A DNA stretch of 64,000 bases, taken from an uncultured Acidobacteriota bacterium (GTDB lineage: Bacteria > Acidobacteriota > Thermoanaerobaculia > UBA5066 > Gp7-AA6). This document shows, in pieces, positions 35,482 through 43,333 of the stretch. Location of the stretch: positions 1,253,004 to 1,317,003 of the forward strand of contig CAVZKA010000002.1 of NCBI GenBank assembly GCA_963775725.1, given 5' to 3'. Every line of letters begins with the position of its first letter. The first letter of the stretch is position 1. The notes under the pieces are model-generated. The model made no database searches. It worked only from the letters and a program-made list of their open reading frames with translations, and was not told where the DNA came from. A program made the translations under genes and the position numbers.

Positions 35482-36348
35482 TTGAAACCGGAAACACACG
35501 CTCGCAATCGCTGGGGGCTGCCCGATCTCGGCATCGGCGTCGGCCTGCGCACGGTGCATTACCCGCACATCCTCGAGCAAAAGCCAGAGGTCGACTTCTT
35601 CGAGATCCTTTCCGAGAACTACATGGATACCGGCGGGCGTCCGCTCTGGGTGCTCGACCAGGTCTCGGAGCGCTACCCGATCGTGCTGCACGGCGTCTCG
35701 ATGAACATCGGCAGCACGGACCCGCTCGACCGCGACCACCTTTCGAAGTTGAAATCCCTCGCCACGCGCACCCGCGCCGCATGGGTGTCCGATCACCTGT
35801 GCTGGACAGGGGTCGCGGGGCGCAACACGCACGACCTGCTGCCAATGCCGCTGACGGAAGAGGCCCTGCGCCACGTGACGGCGCGCGTGAAGGAGGTCTC
35901 CGAGATCCTGGAGAGGCCGCTGATGCTGGAGAACGCGTCCACGTACGCCGAGTTCGCGTCCTCGTCCATGCCGGAGTGGGAGTTCTTCGCCCGTCTCATG
36001 GAGGACGCCGACTGCGGGATGCTGCTCGACGTCAACAACGTCTACGTCAGCTCCTTCAACCACGGGTTCGATCCGAGGCAGTACCTCGACACGATCGACC
36101 CCGCGCGCGTCACGCAGTACCACCTGGCCGGCCACACGAACAAGGGCACGCACATCATCGACACGCACAACGACCACGTGATCGAAGCGGTCTGGGACCT
36201 CTACCGCCACTCGGTTGCCCGCACGGGCAACGTCGCGACCCTGCTCGAGTGGGACGCCGACATCCCCGAGTTCGGCGTCGTCCACGCCGAGGCCCTCAAG
36301 GCCCGCGCCCACCGGCGAGAGGGGAAGGCCGTTGCCGCCGCCTCTTGA
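35482..36348 (+). CDS. bufB: DUF692 / MNIO (multinuclear non-heme iron oxidative enzyme, MbnB-like) family protein
   Basis: It has a TIM-barrel xylose-isomerase-like fold and the conserved N-terminus LPDLGIGVGLR…HYPHIL plus His/Asp/Glu metal ligands. TTG start. Confidence 0.85.
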   Translation: MKPETHARNRWGLPDLGIGVGLRTVHYPHILEQKPEVDFFEILSENYMDTGGRPLWVLDQVSERYPIVLHGVSMNIGSTDPLDRDHLSKLKSLATRTRAAWVSDHLCWTGVAGRNTHDLLPMPLTEEALRHVTARVKEVSEILERPLMLENASTYAEFASSSMPEWEFFARLMEDADCGMLLDVNNVYVSSFNHGFDPRQYLDTIDPARVTQYHLAGHTNKGTHIIDTHNDHVIEAVWDLYRHSVARTGNVATLLEWDADIPEFGVVHAEALKARAHRREGKAVAAAS

Positions 36349-37177
36349 GTTTCCGCTGCCGCGCATCCAGCGCTGGATGCAGGCGGTCATCGAGCAGCCG
36401 GGCACGGTGGACGAAGCCGTGGAGGCCGCGGCCGCCCGCGCCGAACTCGATCCCGCGGACATCGGCCGCGTGATCCTGCCGTCGAAGACCCTGACGGCCG
36501 TCGAGCGTGTCGGGGTCTACCAGGGCATGTACCTGCTGCGGATGATCGAGGCCCTCGAGGGCGACTATCCCGCCGTGGCCCACCTGCTCGGCGACGAGGA
36601 GTTCGCGGCGCTCGTCACCCGCTACGTCGCCGCGCACCCGTCGGTCAGCTACACGTTCAACCGGCTCGGCCGCGGCTTCCCGGAATTCGTCCGCGCGTCG
36701 AAGGGCGTTCGGCAGAGGGCCTTCGCCGCCGACCTCGCTCGCCTCGAGCTCGCGATCACGGAGGTCTTCGACGCGCCGCAGTCGCCGGCGTGGCCGGCCG
36801 AGCAGATCGCGCGCATCCCGCAGCACGCGTGGGTGGGCGCCGTGTTCCACCCGATCGCGGCCTTCCGTCTTTGCGCGTTCAACCATCCGGTCAACGCGTA
36901 CCTCCAGTCGGTCAAGGAGGAGAATCACGACCACCCGGGCACGGCGCGCCGGACGACCCGGGTCGCCGTGTGGCGCAAGAACTACGAGGTCTGGCGCCTC
37001 GACCTCGGCAAGCCGGCGTACGATTTCCTGGCCGCGCTTGCGAAGGGACGGTCCTTCGGCAAGGCCGTGGCTACCGCGGCGAAGGGGCTCCAGGGCGATC
37101 CCGGCCAGCAGCTCTTCCGCTGGTTGCGCGACTGGGTCGCCGAGGGTATGTTCGCCTCGGTCGACGTTTCGCGGTAG
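36332..37177 (+). CDS. bufC: DUF2063-family partner protein (MbnC/BufC-like)
   Basis: Its start overlaps the DUF692 stop. The conserved DUF2063 N-terminal region is present (RWMQAVIEQPG…YQGMYLLRMIEAL). The start is TTG at 36332 or ATG at 36377. Confidence 0.8.
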   Translation: MPPPLEFPLPRIQRWMQAVIEQPGTVDEAVEAAAARAELDPADIGRVILPSKTLTAVERVGVYQGMYLLRMIEALEGDYPAVAHLLGDEEFAALVTRYVAAHPSVSYTFNRLGRGFPEFVRASKGVRQRAFAADLARLELAITEVFDAPQSPAWPAEQIARIPQHAWVGAVFHPIAAFRLCAFNHPVNAYLQSVKEENHDHPGTARRTTRVAVWRKNYEVWRLDLGKPAYDFLAALAKGRSFGKAVATAAKGLQGDPGQQLFRWLRDWVAEGMFASVDVSR

Positions 37178-37219
37178 CGCGCACTCCCGACGCGGGCAAC
37201 GGCTGTACGCTTCTCCCGC

Positions 37220-39208
37220 ATGGACGTTGCGTCGACTCGGGAATGGCTCGAGGCGGACGGCCTGGGCGGCTTCGCGTCGGGCACCGCCGCCGGGATCCGC
37301 ACGCGGCGCTACCACGCGCTGCTGCTGACCGCGACGAGGCCGCCCACGGGCCGCATGGTGCTCGTCAACGGCTTCGACGCCTGGGTCGAGACGTCCGCCG
37401 GCCGTTTCGCGATCAGCTCGCAGGCTTACGCCCCCGACGTCACGCATCCGGACGGCGCGACGCGCATCGCCGCCTTCGAGCTCGAGCCCTGGCCGCGGTG
37501 GACCTTCGCGCTCCCCGACGGGACCCGCATCGCGCAGGAAATCTTCGTCCCGAAGGATTCCTCCCTGGCCGCCGTGTCCTGGAAGCGCCTTGCGGGTACG
37601 GGAGCGGCGACGCTGACGATGCGGCCGTTCCTGTCGGGCCGCGACTACCACGCGCTCCACCACGAGAACGCGGCGTTCCGGTTTGACGCAGACGAAGAGC
37701 CGGGAGGCCTGCTCGCGTTCCGGCCGTACCCCGACGTGCCCCCGGTCGTGGTGCGCTCGAACGGCTCCTACGACGCCGCGCCCGAGTGGTACCGGAATTT
37801 CTTCTATGCCGAGGAGAAGGCGCGCGGGCTCGACAGCGCGGAAGACCTCGCGTCGCCGGGCACGTTCGGTTTCGATCTCTCGGCCGGCGAGGCCGTCTGG
37901 CTCGCCGCGGCAGAGGGACACGAGGCCGTGCTCGGTGTGGGCGGCGCCGAGGCCGCGCTCGCGGCCCTGCGCTCGGCCGAGCGCCGGCGGCGGGCCTCGC
38001 TCGGCGACCGGCTCGACCGCGCCGCGGACGCCTACCTCGTCCGGCGCGGCTCCGGCCGGACGATCGTCGCCGGATATCCGTGGTTCACCGACTGGGGACG
38101 CGACACGTTCATCGCGCTGCGCGGCCTGTGCCTCGCCACCGGGAGGCTCGCGGAGGCGGAAGGCATCCTGCTCGAGTGGTCCGGCGCCGTCTCGCAGGGG
38201 ATGCTGCCGAACTTCTTTCCCGATGCGGCGAGCGAGCCGGAATTCAACGCGGTGGACGCCTCGCTCTGGTACGTCATCGCCGTGTACGAACACTTCGAAG
38301 CGATGGCCGCCGCGGGGCTCGTGCCTTCACGAACGACCGTGCGCAGGCTCCGGGACGCGGTCGAGGCGATCCTCGCCGGCTACGCCGCGGGCACCCGCTT
38401 CGGGATCCGCGCCGACGGCGACGGCCTGCTCGCCGCGGGTCGGCCCGGCGTGCAGCTGACCTGGATGGATGCCAAGGTCGGCGATTGGGTCGTGACGCCC
38501 CGGATCGGAAAACCCGTCGAGGTGCAGGCCCTCTGGCTGAACGCGCTCTGGATCGCGGGTGCCTTTTCGGACGAGTGGAGGGAGCTCCACGACCGGGGCC
38601 TCGCCTCCTTTCACGAGCGATTCTGGAACGAGGCCGCGGGTTGCCTGTACGACGTCGTCGACGTCGATCACGCGCCGGGAACCGTGGACTCCGCTTTTCG
38701 GCCGAACCAGATCTACGCCGTCGGAGGCCTGCCCTTCGCGCTCGTCGAGGGCGAGCGGGCGCGCCGGATCGTCGACGCCGTCGAGGCGAGGCTCGCGACG
38801 CCGGTCGGTCTTCGCTCGCTCGCGCCGGACGATCCCGCCTACGTCGGACGTTACGAGGGCGGCCCCCGCGAGCGCGACGGCGCCTACCACCGGGGGACCG
38901 TCTGGCCGTATCTGGCCGGCGCGTTCGTGGAGGCCTGGGTCCGCGCGCGGGGCGCAACGGAGGATGCGAAGTCCGAGGCGCGCCGCCGCTTCCTCCCCCC
39001 GCTCATTGCCCATCTCGACGAGGCGGGCCTCGGCCACGTCTCCGAGATCGCAGACGGCGACCCGCCGCACACCCCCCGCGGTTGCCCGTTCCAGGCGTGG
39101 TCCGTCGGCGAGCTCCTGCGGATCGACCGGGTGATCCTGGCGGGGTCAGGTCTGAATTCTTCGGAGTTTGGTCGCCAAGGAGCCGAAGGCCCGAAGCTCC
39201 TGACCTGA
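37220..39208 (+). CDS. glycogen debranching enzyme-like protein (GDE N-domain + amylo-alpha-1,6-glucosidase domain)
   Basis: It has GDE_N and GDE_C motifs (GYPWFTDWGRDTFIAL…). The last about 20 codons are contributed by a palindromic repeat element. Confidence 0.85.
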   Translation: MDVASTREWLEADGLGGFASGTAAGIRTRRYHALLLTATRPPTGRMVLVNGFDAWVETSAGRFAISSQAYAPDVTHPDGATRIAAFELEPWPRWTFALPDGTRIAQEIFVPKDSSLAAVSWKRLAGTGAATLTMRPFLSGRDYHALHHENAAFRFDADEEPGGLLAFRPYPDVPPVVVRSNGSYDAAPEWYRNFFYAEEKARGLDSAEDLASPGTFGFDLSAGEAVWLAAAEGHEAVLGVGGAEAALAALRSAERRRRASLGDRLDRAADAYLVRRGSGRTIVAGYPWFTDWGRDTFIALRGLCLATGRLAEAEGILLEWSGAVSQGMLPNFFPDAASEPEFNAVDASLWYVIAVYEHFEAMAAAGLVPSRTTVRRLRDAVEAILAGYAAGTRFGIRADGDGLLAAGRPGVQLTWMDAKVGDWVVTPRIGKPVEVQALWLNALWIAGAFSDEWRELHDRGLASFHERFWNEAAGCLYDVVDVDHAPGTVDSAFRPNQIYAVGGLPFALVEGERARRIVDAVEARLATPVGLRSLAPDDPAYVGRYEGGPRERDGAYHRGTVWPYLAGAFVEAWVRARGATEDAKSEARRRFLPPLIAHLDEAGLGHVSEIADGDPPHTPRGCPFQAWSVGELLRIDRVILAGSGLNSSEFGRQGAEGPKLLT

Positions 39209-39222
39209 CCCTGGCAGGAAGG
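39142..39222. repeat. palindromic repeat element copy A (GGGGTCAGGTCTGAATTCTTCGGAGT…CCTGACCTGACCC)
   Basis: It shares a 26-nt core (2 mismatches) with copy B at 42349 and terminal inverted repeats with copy C at 46257. It overlaps the 3' end of the debranching-enzyme ORF. Confidence 0.6.
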
Positions 39223-39411
39223 CGTTTCGGGGTCAGATTCCACCCACGATGAACCACGTTCCTTCGCAAAAGGAATCGTTGTGGAGACTCGATCTCCGCT
39301 CAACCACCGCGCGTTCAGTACGACAATCCACCGTTTCTCGGAGGGCAACCCTTTCGGCATCGGTCGCGACTCCGGTTGTGATCTGATCCCCGAAAGAAAG
39401 AGGAGAACACC

Positions 39412-41886
39412 ATGAAGAGGGGTTGGAGAGTGTTTCTGCCAGTCCTGATCCTCGCCCTCGGGGCCGTTGCTCCTCTTGGGGCGCAAGTGGTCACGGGCGA
39501 CCTCGGTTCGCCGAGCGCCACGACGACGATCAGCGGCCAGCAAATCCCTCCTCCGCCTCCCAAATTCGGCGGCGTGATCAAGGAGAGCGCCAGGGACTCG
39601 AAGCCGTGGTGGCCGCCGCGCGTGGTGCCGCCCAAGGGCGCGCCCAACGTGCTCCTCATCATGACGGACGACCAGGGCTACGGCGTCAGCGGCACGTTCG
39701 GGGGCGTGATCCCGACCCCGGCGCTCGACCGCATCGCGAAGAACGGCCTCCGGTACACGGAGTTCAACTCGACCGCGCTCTGCTCGCCGACGCGCGCCGC
39801 GCTGATCACCGGCCGCAACCACCACGCCGTGGGATTCGGCGTGATCTCGGAGCTTTCGACGGGTTACCCGGGCTATGACTCCATCATCGGCCCCGACAAC
39901 GCGACCATCGGCCGGATCCTTTCCGGCAACGGCTACGCGACGTCGTGGTTCGGCAAGAACCACAACACGCCGGGCTTCCAGTACAGCGCCTCGGGCCCCT
40001 TCGACCAGTGGCCGACGGGCATGGGATTCCAGTACTTCTACGGCTTCATGGGCGGCGAGACCGACCAGTGGCAGCCGTACCTCTTCAAGGGCACGTCGCA
40101 GATCTTTCCGTGGATCGGCAAGCCCGGCTACAACCTGACGACCGACCTCGCCGACGAGGCGATCGCCCACATGCAGAGCCTGAACGCGGCGGCGCCCGAG
40201 CAGCCGTTCTTCGTCTACTACGTCCCGGGCGGCAGCCACTCGCCGCACCAGCCCACGAAGGAGTGGATCGAGAAGTTCAAGGGCAAGTTCGACATGGGCT
40301 GGAACAAGATGCGCGAGGAGATTTTCGCCAACCAGAAGCGGCTCGGCGTGATTCCAGCAAACGCGAAGCTGACGCCCTGGCCCTCGGAGCTCCCGACCTG
40401 GGACTCGCTCTCCTTCGACAAGAAGAAGCTCTACGCGCGTCAGGCCGAGGTCTATGCGGCCTACACCGCGTACACGGACTACGAGATCGGCCGCGTGATC
40501 CAGGCCGTCGAGGACATGGGCAAGCTCGACAACACGCTGATCATCTACATCGACGGCGACAACGGCACGAGCCCGGAAGGGACTCTCTCCGGGACGTTCA
40601 ACCAGATGACCGCCTACAACGGCATTCTCGACGTGCCCGAAGCCCTTCAGCTGCTCCACTACGAGGATTGGGGCTCTCCGGCGACCTATCCGCACATGGC
40701 GGTGGCGTGGTCCTGGGCGTTCGACACGCCGTTCAAGTGGACCAAGCAGGTGGCGTCGCATTTCGGCGGCACGAGGCAGGGCCTGGCGATCTCCTGGCCC
40801 GGCCACATCAAGGACGTGGGCGGCATCCGACCCCAGTTCCACCACATCATCGACATCGTCCCGACGATCCTGGAAGCCACGGGCATCAAGGCTCCGGAGG
40901 AGGTCGACGGCATCCAGCAGAAGCCGATCGATGGCGTGAGCATGGTGTACACGTTCAACGCGGAGAACGCCAACGCCCCCTCGACGCGCAAGACCCAGTA
41001 CTTCGAGATGGCCGGCAACCGCGGCATCTACCACGACGGCTGGTACGCGAACACGCACCCGCCGGTGCCGCCGTGGGAGCTGAACGCGAAGTTCCCCGAC
41101 ATCGCGGACTACAAGTGGGAGCTCTACCACCTCGCCGAGGACTACTCCCAGGCCGACGACCTCGCGGCGAAGATGCCGGACAAGCTCAAGCAGATGCAGG
41201 CTCTCTTCCAGCAGGAGGCGGTCAAGTACCAGGTTCTGCCGATCGACAACTCGCAGTTCCAGCGCGCGATCTCGCCGCGCCCGAGCGCCATCGCGGGCAA
41301 GACGGTGTTCACGTACGCGGGTGAGAACCCCGGCATCCCCGTCGGCAACGCTCCGAGCATCCTCAACAAGTCGTTCACGATCAAGGCCGAGATCGAGGTC
41401 CCGTCGGGCGGCGGCGAGGGCATGATCGTGACCGAGGGCGGCCGCTTCGGCGGCTTCGGAATGTACCTGCTCAAGGGTAAACCGGTCTTCACCTACAACC
41501 TCCTCGACTTGGAGCGGTTCCGCTGGGAAGGCGGCGAGGGCGCCCGGGACTGGATGGGCGACTCGCTGAAGGCCGGCAAGCACACGATCGAGTTCAACTT
41601 CCATTACGACGGTCCCGGCATCGCGAAGGGCGGGACCGGCATCCTCATCGTCGACGGCCACGAGTTCGCCACGAAGAAGATCGAGCACACGATTCCGTTC
41701 CTGCTGCCGCCGGACGAGACCTTCGACGTCGGCGTGGATACCCGCACTCCGGTGGACTCGAGCTACGAGATCCCGTTCCGTTTCAACGGAAGGATCGACA
41801 AGCTGACGATCAAGCTCGGACCGTCGCAACTGGCGGAGGCCGACCAGAAGAAGGCGGCGGTCGCGATCGCCCGGGCGTCCGACTAG
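39412..41886 (+). CDS. arylsulfatase-family enzyme (formylglycine-dependent sulfatase), secreted
   Basis: It has a signal peptide, the sulfatase signature CSPTRAALITGR and the metal-binding DDQG motif. Confidence 0.9.
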   Translation: MKRGWRVFLPVLILALGAVAPLGAQVVTGDLGSPSATTTISGQQIPPPPPKFGGVIKESARDSKPWWPPRVVPPKGAPNVLLIMTDDQGYGVSGTFGGVIPTPALDRIAKNGLRYTEFNSTALCSPTRAALITGRNHHAVGFGVISELSTGYPGYDSIIGPDNATIGRILSGNGYATSWFGKNHNTPGFQYSASGPFDQWPTGMGFQYFYGFMGGETDQWQPYLFKGTSQIFPWIGKPGYNLTTDLADEAIAHMQSLNAAAPEQPFFVYYVPGGSHSPHQPTKEWIEKFKGKFDMGWNKMREEIFANQKRLGVIPANAKLTPWPSELPTWDSLSFDKKKLYARQAEVYAAYTAYTDYEIGRVIQAVEDMGKLDNTLIIYIDGDNGTSPEGTLSGTFNQMTAYNGILDVPEALQLLHYEDWGSPATYPHMAVAWSWAFDTPFKWTKQVASHFGGTRQGLAISWPGHIKDVGGIRPQFHHIIDIVPTILEATGIKAPEEVDGIQQKPIDGVSMVYTFNAENANAPSTRKTQYFEMAGNRGIYHDGWYANTHPPVPPWELNAKFPDIADYKWELYHLAEDYSQADDLAAKMPDKLKQMQALFQQEAVKYQVLPIDNSQFQRAISPRPSAIAGKTVFTYAGENPGIPVGNAPSILNKSFTIKAEIEVPSGGGEGMIVTEGGRFGGFGMYLLKGKPVFTYNLLDLERFRWEGGEGARDWMGDSLKAGKHTIEFNFHYDGPGIAKGGTGILIVDGHEFATKKIEHTIPFLLPPDETFDVGVDTRTPVDSSYEIPFRFNGRIDKLTIKLGPSQLAEADQKKAAVAIARASD

Positions 41887-41909
41887 GCTCGAGAGAGCAT
41901 CCACTCGAG

Positions 41910-41946
41910 GGCGGCGTCGGCCGATGCGCCGCCGCCCGTCGTTTTT
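41910..41946 (+). terminator. candidate terminator hairpin after sulfatase gene
   Basis: GGCGGCG-tcggccgatg-CGCCGCC is followed, after 8 nt, by TTTTT. Confidence 0.35.
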
Positions 41947-41958
41947 CGGAGGAATCAA

Positions 41959-42362
41959 ATGAATGAAACGAACCCGGGTCTCTCCGGAAAGACCCTGACG
42001 TTTTCCGCGGTCGTGGAGATCGCAACCGCCGCCGCACTCATCGTCGACCCGGCGTTCGTCGCGAGGCTTCTGCTCGGCGCGGAGGTCGGCGGCCTGGCGG
42101 TCGTGATCGGCCGCTGCTTCGGGCTCGCGTTGCTCGGCCTCGGACTTGGCATGCCTGCCGCAACGCGGCGGTTCTTCGGGCCGGCGCGGGGATGCTGGTC
42201 TACAACGGCCTCATCGCCGGTTACCTCGCCTTCCTGGCGGCGTCCGCCAACCTTCGGGGCCCCCTGCTGTGGCCGGCCGTCGTCCTGCATGCCGCCGTGG
42301 CGCTGCTGCTGACGCGGCCCGCGGGACGGACGGCATCCGCAAATGGATGGGGTCAGGCCTGA
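41959..42362 (+). pseudogene. small hydrophobic membrane protein with one apparent frameshift
   Basis: A strong GGAGG RBS precedes the start. The N-terminus MNETNPGLSGKTLTFSAVVEIATAAALIV… is in one frame and …GMLVYNGLIAGYLAFLAASANLRGPLLWPAVVLHAAVALLL in another. The shift lies in a gggccggcgcgggg run. Confidence 0.5.
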
Positions 42363-42435
42363 AATCTTCGGAGTGTGGGCGGCCGCAGCGCGAGATTCTG
42401 AAGACTCTCGAGTTCTGAACTTGTCAGACCTGCCC
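42349..42435. repeat. palindromic repeat element copy B (GGGGTCAGGCCTGAAATCTTCGGAGT…GTCAGACCTGCCCC)
   Basis: See copy A. It overlaps the stop region of the small membrane-protein gene and lies just upstream of doxX. Confidence 0.6.
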
Positions 42436-42457
42436 CCCATTAGTTCAAGGAGGCGTC

Positions 42458-42919
42458 ATGGGAACACTGCGCCGGTGGATTCACTCGGTCTCGGACAGCC
42501 TTCGCTGGTTGCCGCCGACGGTCGCGCGGCTCACCGTCGGCTGGATCTTTCTCCAGTCGGGCTGGGGCAAGCTCCAGAACCTGCCCAGGGTCGTGGCCTT
42601 CTTCACAGACCTCGGCATTCCCGCGCCGCAGCTCCAGGCGCCGCTCGCGGCGACGGCGGAATTCGTTTGCGGCGCGTTGCTGCTCGGGGGGCTCTTCACG
42701 CGCGTCGCGACCCTGCCGCTGATCGCCACGATGCTGGTCGCCATCCTGACGGCGAAGAAGGCCGACATCCACGAGCTGTCGGACCTCTTCGGCATGGGCG
42801 AGTACCTCTACATCTGCCTCCTGTTGTGGCTCGGAGCCTACGGGGCGGGCCCGTTCTCCCTCGACGCGGTGTTTGCAAAGCGGCTCGAGAGCTCCGCGCG
42901 GCCCCTGCCCGGACGCTGA
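42458..42919 (+). CDS. DoxX-family membrane protein
   Basis: It has an AAGGAGG RBS, four TM helices and DoxX motifs (VGWIFLQSGWGKL). Confidence 0.85.
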   Translation: MGTLRRWIHSVSDSLRWLPPTVARLTVGWIFLQSGWGKLQNLPRVVAFFTDLGIPAPQLQAPLAATAEFVCGALLLGGLFTRVATLPLIATMLVAILTAKKADIHELSDLFGMGEYLYICLLLWLGAYGAGPFSLDAVFAKRLESSARPLPGR

Positions 42920-42946
42920 TCGAGCCCAGTATTTTTCGAAAAACTT

Positions 42947-42978
42947 GCGGCGGCCGCCCCGAGGGGGCGGCCGTTTCG
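42947..42978 (+). terminator. rho-independent terminator after doxX
   Basis: CGGCCGCCCC-gag-GGGGCGGCCG is followed by TTTCG. Confidence 0.6.
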
Positions 42979-43333
42979 CGTGCAAGACGTCCGGTGCGCT
43001 GAAAACGTCCAAAGCGCTGGACTCCGCCCGTTCCACGGTCTCGGTCCTCGCGCGTGAGTCCCGATGAGAAGTGCGCTCGTCGCGCATCGCGAGCATTCCG
43101 TCCCGCGATTCGAGTTCCTCCTGCGCTTCCGTCGCGCTGAACTGCGCGTCCACGAATCTGGATTGCGGCGCCGGGGCGGCCCGGGCGACGCACACCCCGT
43201 CCGCGCGCCTCAGCACCTCGTCCTCCCGTCCCGCCCTCTCGGCCCGTCACGCCCGGTTTTCTGGCGTGGCACCGGCGTTGCTCTCCAGGAGGACGCGCCG
43301 GCACCACGCGCGGCGTAAAGGAGGATCGGCAGA

